Shown: piece after piece, positions 52,645 to 64,000 of the stretch
Position numbering within the stretch: the first letter of the stretch is position 1
Layout: each line of letters begins with the position of its first letter
NCBI GenBank assembly: GCA_013239625.1
Contig: MU053881.1
Coordinates: forward strand, 2,914,001-2,978,000
Direction of reading: 5' to 3'
From: Lama guanicoe
Lineage: Eukaryota
DNA: 64,000 nucleotides
Notes under the pieces: generated by a model
Told to the model about the DNA's origin: nothing
Database searches by the model: none
What the model saw: the letters and a program-made list of their open reading frames with translations, nothing else
Position numbers and translations under genes: made by a program

Positions 52645-53182
52645 TGTGAAGTAGGCAGCCTCCAGGATGCTCCCCAGCCTCCAATGACATTTCCTCCTGG
52701 TACTTGTATCCCGTGTAGCATCCTCCCACATTGAATCAGTGCTAGTGTGGGTGAGCAACAGAATACTGCAGAAGGGATGGTGGGTGACTTCTGAGGCCGG
52801 GTCATGAAGATGTTGCAATTTCCACCTTGCTTTCCTGGATCCCTCACTCTGTGGGAAGCTACCTGCCATATTGTGAGGACACTCAGAAAGCCCTCAGGAG
52901 AGGCCTTCCTGGAAAGGGAGCCTTCTGCCAGCAGCCGGCACCTGCTTGCCGGCAATGTGCCTGAGCCATCTTGGAGGTGGAGCCCCTGTCAAACCTTCTG
53001 ATGAGACCACAGCCCCAGTTGCCAATTTGATTGCAACTTCACAAGAGACCTCAATCCAGAACTACCCAGTCAAGCTACTCCGGAATTCCTGACCCACAGA
53101 AACTGAGAGAAAATAAATGTTCATTGTTTTAAGCCACTAAGTTTAGGAGCAATTTGTTATGCAGTGATGAGTAACTAATACA
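52645..53182 (+). mobile_element. MaLR solo LTR (MLT1F/G-like)
   Basis: TG...GGCAGCCTCCAGGATG start; AATAAATGTTCATTGTTTTAAGCCACTAAG...AACTAATACA end. Confidence 0.85.
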
Positions 53183-54599
53183 CATTGCTAAGTCTCTTTT
53201 GAGTTGAAGAGAGCTTCCTGGCTTACTCCATTCTGCCACCTTTCTCACCTGTGACCCTTGCCTCTCAGCTTGTATTGTGTTACAGTGAAAAGACATGAGA
53301 CAGATTTGGTTTTAAGTCCAGGGTTCCCCATTTACTGTTTGGATGACTTGAGGCTTTTTACGGAAACTAATTCTTTTCCTTATACTTTTCACATCTTCTT
53401 CCCCTTTTGCTCTCCTCCTCTTCTTATTTGTCTCCATCAGTCTGTGACAGTGATGTTTTGTAGCAATGGCTGTCACTTTCAAAGAACCTGCTATGTGCCA
53501 GGCACTGTGCTATGGGATTTAGAGACAATCAATTCCCTCAGAAACCCTGGTGGTGGTAGTGAGGTTAAGCATTATTATACTCATTATTTTTTTTAAATAT
53601 AAGGAAACCAAGGTTCCGAGAAATTGAGTCATCTGCCTAAGATCAGACAGAGGGAAACAGGATTCAAAGCCAGGTCTTTATTCCCATTATACACCTCTAT
53701 TTCTGGGCCTCAGTGTTTTCATAAGTAAAGTGGGCATAATCCTGACTTCAGAGATTCTCATCAGGATGAGCAGAGGTGGTGCCTTTAAAGCAACTGGCCC
53801 TGTGGATGGCATGTAGCAGGGGCTCCCTCCCCCTGCCTCATGTACCTTAAGATGGGCTGTCTTGACCCTCTTATAGACAGGGTCATGGCAAGTGCTACTT
53901 ACTATGAGAGCACTGGGAAGTTAATGTGGCCCAGAGCTGGAGACTACTGGGCCTGCGCCAGGACGGGGTGGATGCCCTAGGCCTGGAGTCCAAGGAGATG
54001 ATAATACCAGCCCTGGCCCCACCCACTCAGCCTGTACCAAGTCCTGTCCCACTCAGCTCTGTGCCCAGTGTTGGGTAGTGCTTTGCCCGAGCTCACGCAG
54101 AGAGGAAGGAAGGGCAGGAGTCTGCATTTGTAGCCAAGGCAGTACCCAGGGAGAGGCCAGTGTGTAGGGACAGCTCCAGCTGGAGGATCCCAGCTGAGAA
54201 AACATTGTCCTTGGGGGGTATCGAATCATCTCTCAGATCAGGCAAGAAGCCCCAATTAATTACAAGTGCTAAGTGAGTGGTCTGGAAGCAGGATTTTGCA
54301 GTCAATTAAAGGGATGCTGGTAGAAGCTTCATTAACCCCCTGCCTCTTGGCAGCTTTTGGTTTAGGAGAAAGAAGGGAACTGTCCAATGGTAAGAAGCTC
54401 TCCCACACCGCGGGGAAGGCAAGCAGAGGGCCCTCTACCAAAGATGGCGCAGGGGGACACCTGAGTTGCATGGAAGGATAGATTCGACTTTAAATCCTCT
54501 TCTCATTCCAAGTTTCATGATTTCATGTACTTTGATCTCTATGGTGAAGTAAATGGTCAAGACATCACTCCACTTGAGGGTGAGCCCACTAAACAGGTG

Positions 54600-55420
54600 G
54601 TTTGTGCTCCTCCTGCCTTCCAGACTCCCTGCTGGATTCTCCCTAAGCACCTCAGGCCCAGAGGCCCCAAACCAAACTCATATTTGTCTCCTACCAATGT
54701 TCCAGATCTTGGAGAATGGAATCATCCAAGATGGAGACACTGGCATTGGCCTACACGCCTCCCTCCTCCATGCCCCTCACATCCAGTCCTCAAGTCCTGC
54801 CAATTTGTCCTCCTCTATGGCCTTCGGATCTGCCTACCCCCCCGTCACTCCTTCACCACTGCCTGGGGTCGGTTCTCACCATCTCTAAACCTGATGTTGC
54901 CCCAGTCTTCCTTGGGCTCCCAGTTCACCCTCCTCACAGCCCTAATGATCTTCCTCAGTCTGCATACTTGATCATGTCACAGCTCTGCTCAGCATCCTTC
55001 AGTGGCTCTCCATTGCCTGCAGGCAGAGCCCACGTTCCATTGCACGGCGTCCCACCCTGGTTGATGTCCCCAGGCTCTCAGCTTTTCTCATTCCCCTACT
55101 TCCTCCTCCCTCATTCCCACCACCCATGTTAAACTCTGCCAGCGCCTCTGCCTGGAGTGTCCTCTTTCTCCACCAAGCTGACTCCTCTGCATTTACGACT
55201 CATCTCAGATGTCACCTCCTCCAGGGAGCCTTCCTCAAGTGCCCAGCTTTGCCTATATCGCTGCTCATGATGCAGTGGGTCATTGGTCTGTTTTGCTGCC
55301 TGTCTCTTCTATTATCCGGCAGATTCCTGGATGGTAAGGGCTGTTGACTGGTGTTCATACACTTAGTAGAGTGCCTAGTGAGTGGTAGCAGCTCAGAAAG
55401 TACCATTTAACTGAGTGCAT
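54600..55420 (+). mobile_element. L2 fragment
   Basis: CACATCCAGTC...CCTTCAGTGGCTCTCCATTGCC...CTCAGATGTCACCTCCTCCAGGGAGCCTTCC. Confidence 0.7.
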
Positions 55421-55884
55421 TAAGACTCTTAAGACATTCGGGACCAAAAGTGAGAGGATGCTGGCATTTCCCCACCAGCGATTCACTGACTTTGGGGGAG
55501 CCACTGAGTGTGAAGGAGAGGAGAGTGGGGAGAGGAGAAACATCTGAGTGCCTGGGGGTGGGCTGTTTGCTGAGAAGGGCCGTGGGCTGTGGGAGGACAG
55601 TAGCTGGCATGCTGGTGGAGCACACAGATGGTCTCCCAGGGAAGCCCAACGCCCTGTGTTCTCCTTAACTCCAATCCTCGGGCTTGGAAGGTCCTTGGAG
55701 CTCAGCCTCCAGCTCTGGGAATGGCCTCAGTCTTGCAGAAGCACTTAGGGAACCTGCTGTTGGCCCCTGACCTGCTCTGAGACACTCCCCTCCAACTTGT
55801 GACCGAAGAGGTTTGGGGTCTGGCTCCTCTGAAGCTCTGCTCAACTCCTGCTTCCTTGTAGGGAAGGGGGAATTGCCTCAGCCT

Positions 55885-56438
55885 CTGTGGGGGCAGACAC
55901 TAAGATGTCCCCAGTGATCCCTGTCCTGGTGTTTGCACATTTGTGTCATCCTCTCCCTGTAAGTGTGGTTGGGGTCTGTGACTTCTAACTAATAGGATAT
56001 GGCAAAAGTGACGGGATGTCACTTCCAGGGTCAGGTTACATAACATCGTGGCTTCTATCTTACTAGCCAGTGCTCTCTATTGCTCTCTTGGCTTACATGC
56101 TTTGATGAAGCAAGGTGCCGTGCTGTGAGCTGCCCTAGTGGAGGGACCCACAGGAATGGAGAGCAGTCTCCAGACAACAGCCAGCCAGGAGCTGAGGCCC
56201 TCAGTCCTACAGGAACCAAATCTTGCCAGCAAGCACGTGAGTTTGGCCTGCCCCTCTGAACATTCAGGTGAGACCCAGCCCTGGCCTGAGCCTTGACTGC
56301 AGCCTGGTGAGAGATCTTGAAGCAGAAAACTCAGCCCAGCTATTCCTGGACAAAACCCACGAAACTGAGGTAATAATCACGCGTTGCTTTAAGCCATTCA
56401 GTTTGTGGTCCTTTGTGATGCAGCAATAGATAACTAAT
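55885..56438 (+). mobile_element. MaLR solo LTR (MLT1E/F-like)
   Basis: TGTGGGGGCAGACACTAAGATG start; TTTAAGCCATTCAGTTTGTGG...GCAGCAATAGATAACTAAT end. Confidence 0.85.
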
Positions 56439-58007
56439 CCAGCCCCCCATTGCACGGAGCTCCCCCAGCTCCAAGAGTCCAGGGGGCCTGCTGCCCATCG
56501 TGCACTAGCCAAGGCTCCTGGGGGAGAACAGGCAGGCGGGGTCAGGATTTCCTCTCCCTGCACTTCTAGTAAGAGCAGAGAGTTAAGGGAAAAGTGACTG
56601 TGGCCACCAGGTAGAGGAGATGGAGACTGATCCCTTGGCTGAGTCAGCACTAGGGCTCCTGAGCACCCGTCGTAGGCTAGATTCTGTGGTGGGTGCGGGC
56701 ACTGGGGCACCAGCCAGCCCTGTCCTTACAAAGCTTGCGAGTTAATGAGACAGATGTGCAGTGGCCTCAATTAGAGAGTTTGCACAGTGCCATTCATTGG
56801 ATGCCTGGTACACGGTGCTAAGAGCGTGTGGGCAGCACCTCATTCACTTCCTACGACAACTGCTGAGGTCAGAGCAATTCTTATTATCCTGACTTGCAAT
56901 TCCTGACTTGCGAGCAAACACTCTCAAGGGTTAAGTGGATTCCTCAGGCTCACTCTGCTGGGTGACAGAACCCACCAGCAAAGCCAGTGCTGTCTGAGCA
57001 CTCAGCCGTGATGCTCTGCGTTGTGTGAACACAGCGACAAACTCTGCTGTGGCCGTGGGGATGGGGCTGCATCAGAGGGGGCTTCACACAGGAGGAGACG
57101 TCAGAGCTAGATCTTGAGAAGTTAGGAGTTCACCAGGGAGGCGAAGGGAACCATTCATTCCAGGCAGAGGGGTCAGAATAGGCACATGTGAAACAGCACA
57201 CAGCATGTGTGGGGAGCTTGGAGTGGAGTTGGGTGTGGGTCTGACCCAGCCAGCTGGGGTCATATCACAGAGACTGTTTTGGCAATTTTGATGTTGTCCT
57301 GTAGGCCATTGAAGGGTGCTGGGCAGGGGAGTGACAAGGCTAAGTTTGAGTTTTAGGTGAGTCTTTTAGGTGGGGCAGGGTGGTGGGGAGAGGATGGGTG
57401 GAAGGGAAGAGGTAGAGGCTAGGGGACCAGTGGGTGGGGGATGGGAGGTGCCTATACAAGCGGAGAGAAGGGGCCTAGCTTAAGGCAGGGAAATGGTGGG
57501 GGGGCAACTGAGTGTGGTCTGGTCCTGACTCCTCAGTAAGTCCTGGGATGTATCTGCGTCCAGGAGCAATGCTGAGCGGCACCGTCTCTGTATCCCCAAC
57601 CTCCTGCACACGCCTGGCTGAGGGAGGAACTCCATCAATGTTGGTAGGATGACCAGTGACAGACTTTGCACTGCCATGTGACTTGATTCTGTGCCAAGAT
57701 GCCACACCCAAGGAGACCTGGGGGAAGGGTGGCCAGAGGTAGGGTGTGGGGTGTTGCAATCAGGTTGGACCACCAGCTCTTGGGGTTGTCAGTGGGTTTA
57801 GAAGGAAGGGCAGGAGGTGAGTGGCCCTGAAACTCTGGGGCCAGTCACCACTCTAGCCTGGGTTGGTTTCTGGGGCACTGATGGTGTCCTGGCCAGAAGA
57901 CAGGGTAAAACTGAGCCTCTTGAGCGCTGTGGGTTGGCCCCCATCATTTCAGCTGGTGCCCCATGTAGCCCTGGCGGTGCCGATGGACAGAAGATGACAG
58001 ACCGAGA

Positions 58008-61000
58008 GCTGCTGTACAAGGTCTTCTTTGTTGTCATGATTGGTTTGGTACATCTTAGCATCTGCGTCATACAAAGGGGGAGCAACAGCCATGGCTTTTG
58101 GTCAGGTTCAGGGGGGCTTGGGAGGGCGCCCCTCCCCTCCCCCCAGGCACTGACACATTTAAAGGAGGCAGAGCAACAAGGACACAGCACAGATGTGGGA
58201 AAGGGATTCCCCCGTGCGAGCAGGATGGTCGTCCTCACCTGGGTCTCGCTAGGGCCCTCACCCCAACCCGAAGGCCAGAAGGAGCACCTCCCATTCTCTC
58301 CCCAGTGAAGAGGGTGGGACATAGGAGTGGGAAGGGAGCAGGGGACATGTGTGGGGAGCTTGTCCTCGGGCCTGAGAGACATCCCGCCATCTGAGTCAGT
58401 CTGACCCCCAGCCCCCTGTGCCGTCAAGGCCCTGAGGGATCAGGATGGAGCAGTTGGATGGTGGGCCTGCACCACCCTGCCGGCTGGGTGCCGGGGGCTC
58501 TTTGGGCTAGTAGTCTGCTTCATATTACTCTAGCCACGAGCCTTTGGGGTGGCTGCTTTGCCCACCAGCTGTCCCACCTGAGAGGGGTCTGGGCTGAAGT
58601 GCTTTTGTTCTGCCTCCCTTTCCCCTTCTCTCTCTCTCACACACCCCTGGGAGGGTCTCTTGACCTCCTGTTTGCCTTTGGAAGAGACCCCTTTGTAGTT
58701 AAGGACACCCCCCAGGACCTTCTGGATCTGGAGCAGAGGATATCCAGGCATGGAAATTCTGGCCATTACCAGTGCCCAGCACAGGAGATCCAGGGAGGCC
58801 CTTCCCTTCTCTCTGGCGCTCAGCTCCCAGGCACACAGCCTGGCAGGGGCCTTCCCTGGCAAGCGGGTATTTTGTTCTGTCTTTACTCATGTGCGATGAG
58901 TGCTCCTTCCTACTTCTCTAGCTGGGGGATGTCTCTCTTGTATGTTGTACGTGTGTGCGCTGAATTCTGGGACCTCTCCCTCCCTGTCCCCGCCTCCTAA
59001 GTGTGTCACATGCACACTGCCCCTCGTGTGTGACACACTTCCCCTTCCCATCCATGGGCACAGATATCTCCTGCTCCAGGTGCTTCACGTGAACATCCCT
59101 TCCCTGCTAGAGCACCCCACAAATATTTTGTGCCTGCCCCAGTGTGTTGCATGTGACATCCTCTCTGGGCTACTTAGCCTCTCTCTGCAGTGAGGTCTGT
59201 GTCAGGAATGATGGTCTTCGTGTTTCCCTGGACCCAAGAGTGATCACCTGACAGTGGTTGGAGCCAGGTATGTCCCAGACAGAAATTCTCCCCCTAACCC
59301 TACCTCCAGGAAGAACTCTATCCTGCTGCTCCAAAGCAGGCTGGAGGAGTCTGGGGGAGTCCAGGATGTGCACCAGACTAAGCCAGCCAGTCTGGAAGGC
59401 ATTCTCATATGGGAAAAGCTCTGAGCCTGCTCTGGGGGTGCAGAAGAGCTGTGGAGACCTTGAGAGATGCCCTCTGAGGGTCTGGGGTTTCTCAGGTCTG
59501 CCTGGAATGTCTTGCATGGCCGGGGTCCCCTACTCATCTGAAGCTCCCCCAGCTTCATTCTCTGCTGCCCATCTGGCACTCTCTGTGCCCTGGCACCACC
59601 TTTGATGTCTGGGGGCCCCTGTCAAGATGAACTTTCTGAACACATGGGGTCCACCCCTGTGTCCAGGTGGGGCCCACACAGGGTCTGGGGAGGTCAGGGG
59701 TCCCTGGACTAGACTCTGCCTGTCTCTGCCCTAGGACCCTGGGGCTCCTGAGAATGACCATCCTGCCCAGGATAATAGACACAAACAGACAAGCAGATGA
59801 CAGGGGTGCGAGGTGGCTCCCCATCACAGGCACAGACACAGACACAGGCCCCCTGGGGGGCAGAACACAGGGGCACGGGGGAGGGGGCAGGGGATGGGGA
59901 GAAGGGCAAGTCCAGGGAGCTGGAGCTGCTGAGGCCCTGCTCCCCGGAGAAGGGACAGACCAGGGGATTTTTCTGGTTCCCTAAACATATGGATTGTTTT
60001 CTCTCGTCTTTAAAGTATTGCAGTCTAACTGATATGGCTTTAACTATTGGAAACAGACAGAGAAGACACATGTCTCTCTCTGAAATAAAAGCATAAATTC
60101 ACTAAAATGGAAAACCTGCAGAATGCAAATGGGGGTCAATGGGGCAGGGGCTTCGGGGCAGGCAAGTCGCCCCCTCCCTGGCCCCTGCTTTTGGGGTAGG
60201 CCCTGGTAGGGGCCCAGCATGGCTTCTTGAGGCTCTGCCTGTGTCCATCCCAGTGGACTTCTGAGAACTTCAGGCAGGAACCCCCCAAGGGTGGGACAAC
60301 TCTAGGCCAAGGACAAAGCCTCCTGTTGGATGTGGCCACTTGTCACTAAAGATTTGTGGGCCAAGAGAGGGCGTCTTACCTATGTTCCTTCTCCCCAAGC
60401 ACATGTCCTGCTCACAACTGCCTTTTCAGAGCCACTCACATGCACACAACATTCTCATTATTCTCACACAACTCTCTTAAAGACACACTTCTTCAACACC
60501 TAACACATACCCATCACTCCTGACATACATGCTCTTTTTGAAAACCAGTGCAGATACAACCTAGCATATGCAAGCTCTAACACACATATGAGATGGCTAG
60601 CACACACACAAGACACAATGTCAACTCACACACACCACCTTAAACAAGCATACACACACAAGGCTACCTAACGTACATGGTCTCTAACATGGGGATGATG
60701 ACTAACACACACACGCACAGTCTCAAGACATGCAAACACTCTAGCCATAGACTTACATGTACAATGTCTGGACACACAACTGCTGATGCAGTCTCTGCCA
60801 TGCACACTCATGCAGGCCTTGGACACACACTTTCCTCTCTCATTTGCTCCGTGGCTCCCCAGTTCTCATGCAACTGCCTGAGCAGGAGGCCTTGACAATT
60901 TGGGATGGGGGAAACCAGTGCCAGTCTCACACATCCCAGAGGAGAGTCTGTTCTTGGCCAATGAGACGAATGGACAGATGTCTTCTGTCAAGTGGGGACT

Positions 61001-61976
61001 GGCTTCTTCCCCAAAACTTGGGGCTTTGACCAGGAAGGGTCCACCTGGGGACCACACGGCCCTGGAAGCACATGAATAGGACAGGGTGGGGAAGAGAGGT
61101 GGATAGGAATGGGGGCAGCTTGGCTGCACCAATGGAGGGTTCCCGTGGCACACACCATCACTGCCCGATGGCTCCGAGTGTTTTCTGTGGGTCCTGGGCA
61201 GCCCCTTGGCTGGGTAAGTTGGGGCCAGCCTGGCAGTGGGGCCCCAGGACCTAAGTAGAGTTGGGGGAGGAAAAAGGGGCTGCCCTACCCTGGGGCCCCT
61301 CCACAGATGAGTTAAAGTCCACAGAGGATCCATTTGGAGGGACTGGCTTGGCAGGGGTTATGCCTTTGTGGGTAGGGACTGAGGGAGGGTGCTTCTGGAC
61401 TGGGTGTCATCGGAGGGAGGGAAGAAGGAGAGCCCCAGCCTCCTGCCCAGACCCAGGCCTGGCCAGACCGGGATTGGCCAGCCTCAGGCTGGGCCCTCTC
61501 AGGGCAGGCTTACCCTGACTCCCTTCCTCAGAGCCAGGCCACTTGACGTCCCTGCCGTGACCTGGAGGTCCACTGGGGATTAGAGGCCAAAGGTCAGCAT
61601 GCTGGGCAGGGCTGGAATGTGTCATTACTTTGGCTGGCTGGGGACAGTGGTCCTCCTGGCAGTGGGGTGCATGAAGGAATGTATGGGGATTAACACAGTA
61701 AGCATAGACCTTAGGATTCCAGAGGGGGTGGGGGGCCAGTGCCTTCTGCACTGGGGTCAGTGCTCCCTGCTGGAGAAACGATGTCCTTTCTTTTTCGAGC
61801 AACTTGGGGATGAGGTGGAGGCTGGATCCCCTGGGATGAAGGAGGTGTGAGGGAGTGCCGAGGGGGAGGAGCCCCTGGCCAAGGAAGGAGGGCAGAGGCC
61901 AGCTGAGGTTTTCCCCTTCAGAACTGAGACTTAACTGAATAAAAAGAAAAGAAAGAACCAAAAAAAAAAAAAAAAG
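58008..61976 (-). other. CPLX2: Probable long 3'UTR of CPLX2
   Basis: About 4 kb directly downstream of the last exon with no recognisable interspersed repeat, unlike the flanks. Ends at a TGTA/AACAAA cluster. The 3' end is inferred. Confidence 0.7.
60430..60830. repeat. CA-rich low-complexity tract (UG-rich in CPLX2 mRNA)
   Basis: Many interrupted ACACAC runs. Confidence 0.75.
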
Positions 61977-62144
61977 AGGCAGGTATTTGAGCACCGTGTC
62001 CAGGATGCTCTCCTCCTCCTCCTCCTCCTCGTCCCCGCAGCCCGCCGGGATGGCCTTCTTGGGCCGGGTCAGGCTCCCCTCGCAGGGCTGCTCCAGGGCT
62101 GCCTTCTCCTCAGCCTCCTTCTCCTCCTTCTTCTTCAGCCCGTA
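61977..62144 (-). CDS. CPLX2: Complexin-2, last coding exon, homologous part (ends ...KYLP; canonical last 9 aa and stop absent, frame open to 61407)
   Basis: Acceptor CTCCAG, then [56 protein letters not shown], which matches complexin-2. The sequence then enters a T-rich UTR-like tract. Confidence 0.96.
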
Positions 62145-62888
62145 CTGGAGAGGGGAAGGATGGAGAGCAGCATGAGCGCAGGGCAAAGAGAGAGCTGGGT
62201 CTCAAGGTCATGCACACGTGGCCGGGGCAGCTTGTGAAAACCCCTCAGCCTTGGTCCTCTCATCTATAAAATGAGGGTAAGGACACCTTCCTCAGCGGAT
62301 GCTCAGTAAGAGGAAGAGAGATGGTGCCTAGGGTTTCCTCTAAAATCAAGTCCTGCCCACCCACATAATTCCTCTATTCTTCCTAAATCCTCCAAGATCT
62401 GAAAACTGAACGTTCTCCCATACACTTGGAGCCAAATTTTGGTGACAAAACTGGACTGGAACTGATGGAAGGCTACATATAGCCTTGATTTACTGCAGTG
62501 TGAGCAGACAAGTATCGAACTGCTGGCATAGGGTGGCAGCTACAGACTCGCTGGGAGTGACACGTAACAGTGCTCACTATGGCACTTCCCAAATATCCCC
62601 ACATTCTGGGTTCCAAACTTGTTTCGTCTCCAGGATTTCGGGGACACGGTCGTGGACCTGGAGCAGCACACATTAGGGGGCACTTACCATGGGCATCATC
62701 TTATTTAATCCCCATAACGGCCCTTGAGGGAGGTGTTCCTGTGACATGCATTTTTCCAATGAGTCAGGTTCAGAGAGAGCTAGGTGTAAGGCGAGGGCTG
62801 GAATTCAGGGAAGCCCGAAGCTGAAGCCGGGGGTTGGGGGGACCCTTTAACCCCTACGCTCCGAGGTGGGCAGGAGGGCGGCGCTGAC

Positions 62889-63064
62889 CTTGTCCCGGAT
62901 CTGCTGCCGGACCTTCTCGCGCTCCGCCTCCATGCGCGCGTGCTTGGCCTTGCGCTCCTCCTCCTGCTGCCGAAGTGCCTCCTGCCGCTCCTCCTCCTTC
63001 TTCTGCGCGTCAGGGTCCTTCTCCTCCTCTCCCCCCAACATCTTCCCCATGTCCTTGGTGGCCC
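62889..63064 (-). CDS. CPLX2: Complexin-2, second coding exon (176 nt; accessory and central SNARE-binding helix)
   Basis: Encodes (G)[58 protein letters not shown]. Acceptor CCCCGCAG and donor GTCAGC; 31+176=207 nt keeps frame. Confidence 0.98.
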
Positions 63065-63200
63065 CTGCGGGGAGTGGGTTGGAGAGGAAGAGGGCGGGGT
63101 CATGGGGGTAAGGATGGGAATGGGGATGGGGGCCGTGATGCGCTGTGGCCCCTCCCCCCTGGCTCTGGACTGGGTGAGGGGTGCAGGGCCGGGACCTCAC

Positions 63201-63231
63201 CTCCGAGGGCCTGCTTCATGACGAAGTCCAT
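63201..63231 (-). CDS. CPLX2: Complexin-2, first coding exon (coding part; whole exon about 63201-63322)
   Basis: Minus strand reads ATGGACTTCGTCATGAAGCAGGCCCTCGGAG|GTGAG = [10 protein letters not shown], the complexin-2 N-terminus. Kozak context GGCATGG, GT donor at 63200-63199, upstream acceptor TTTTGCAG ending at 63323. Confidence 0.97.
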
Positions 63232-63248
63232 GCCTACGACTGCTGCGG

Positions 63249-63281
63249 TTAGTGTGCCCTAGCCAGCAGCCGAATTTGCAT
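63249..63281 (-). promoter_or_regulatory. uORF (MQIRLLARAH*) in the CPLX2 5'UTR, overlapping an octamer motif
   Basis: ATG at 63281-63279 and in-frame TAA at 63251-63249, 17 nt before the main ATG. ATGCAAAT at 63281-63274. Confidence 0.7.
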
Positions 63282-63589
63282 GCAGCGCTCCAGGCAGGCC
63301 TGGCTCTGGGAGACGTGGCAACCTGCAAAAGAGGATTTGGGGGTCAGATGGGAGAGCCTTCTGCACAGGCAGGGCGGTGGAGTGAGACGAGAGCCTCACC
63401 CTGGTTCAGGCATCTGGCACCATCAGTCTGAGGCCAAGAACCAGTGCCGGGTACCGTGGGGATAGGAGATGGAAAGGGGCTATTTCCTGAGCACTTGCTA
63501 TGTTCCAGGCACATATGTGCTGCCAATGGCTTCTGATCCATATTTTAAAACTTTCATCTTGACCTTATTGCTTTAATTTGGTAGAAGCC

Positions 63590-63770
63590 AGGAGCGTTGG
63601 AAAGAATCTGGAATTTGGATTCAGGCAGAGCTGGGTTCTAATGCCACTCTAACTCTTGTCATGTGAATTTCATGTGACTTTCATGCAGGTTATCCAACCT
63701 CCTGGAGCCCCGGTTTCCTCCTCTGAGAGATGGCAGTGCCTCCTTGCTCAGGGCTATTGTGGAGACTGGA
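63590..63770 (+). mobile_element. MIR in a CPLX2 intron
   Basis: GAGCTGGGTTCTAAT...GGAGCCCCGGTTTCCTCCTCTG core. Confidence 0.6.
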
Positions 63771-64000
63771 GAGAATTCCAGCCTGGGCCACTGGATCAAC
63801 CCCTAGGGGGCGTGAGCTTGCCCTCAGGGCTCCAGCAAATCAGAGGTGGATGGAAAAATGAGACCAGCTAGCTTGGCTGAACATATCCAGACTTCTGAAA
63901 TTAGGTAAGTGGAGAAATAAGTTATTTTTATTGCAGCATACACGTAAGTTTTGTGTTTTATAGCTTAATATCGATTTTGATTTTGAACTACACGTAGGGA

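Noticed and set aside
57798..59000. ORFs of 160-210 aa in or near the CPLX2 3'UTR
   Set aside because: They overlap on both strands, have no recognisable homology and fit chance ORFs in GC-rich UTR.
60084..60089. AATAAA as the CPLX2 poly(A) signal
   Set aside because: It is on the plus strand, whereas CPLX2 is transcribed from the minus strand.
61930..61980. An extra intron explaining the missing CPLX2 C-terminus (the T-tract plus CAG looks like an acceptor)
   Set aside because: There is no GT donor at the KYLP junction, and I saw no downstream segment encoding GPLQDMFKK in the ORF track or by eye.
62866..63262. Plus-strand and alternative-frame ORFs over CPLX2 exons
   Set aside because: Shadow ORFs of GC-rich, low-complexity coding sequence with no independent protein features.
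1..64000. CRISPR array, operon or other prokaryote-type system
   Set aside because: The sequence is clearly mammalian; there is no regular repeat-spacer array and no dense intronless gene cluster.

Overview
Mammalian genomic DNA, most likely from a camelid: it carries tRNA-Ala-derived Vic-1-type SINEs, and I saw no Alu or BovB elements. It is a draft assembly with two short N gaps. The only host gene I can support is complexin-2 (CPLX2) on the minus strand at the right end. Its three coding exons (63231-63201, 63064-62889, 62144 onward) have clean GT-AG junctions and are followed by a probable ~4 kb 3'UTR ending near 58.0 kb. The promoter and first exon(s) lie beyond the window. The other ~57 kb is intergenic and dominated by repeats: young and old L1, L2, MIR, MaLR/ERVL solo LTRs and small DNA transposons, with an AT-rich nested L1 block at about 9-31 kb. 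The main anomaly is that CPLX2 lacks its canonical C-terminus (GPLQDMFKK) and stop codon and reads on for 189 extra codons; this is either a real deletion or, more likely, an assembly error beside an A16 run. Other points of interest are a uORF/octamer/RBFOX overlap in the 5'UTR, an apparently non-canonical poly(A) site, a twin-priming-type inverted L1, a strong CTCF site and several motif-rich repeat-free islands. I found no convincing evidence of a new multi-gene system. Repeat boundaries and subfamily names are by eye and approximate.
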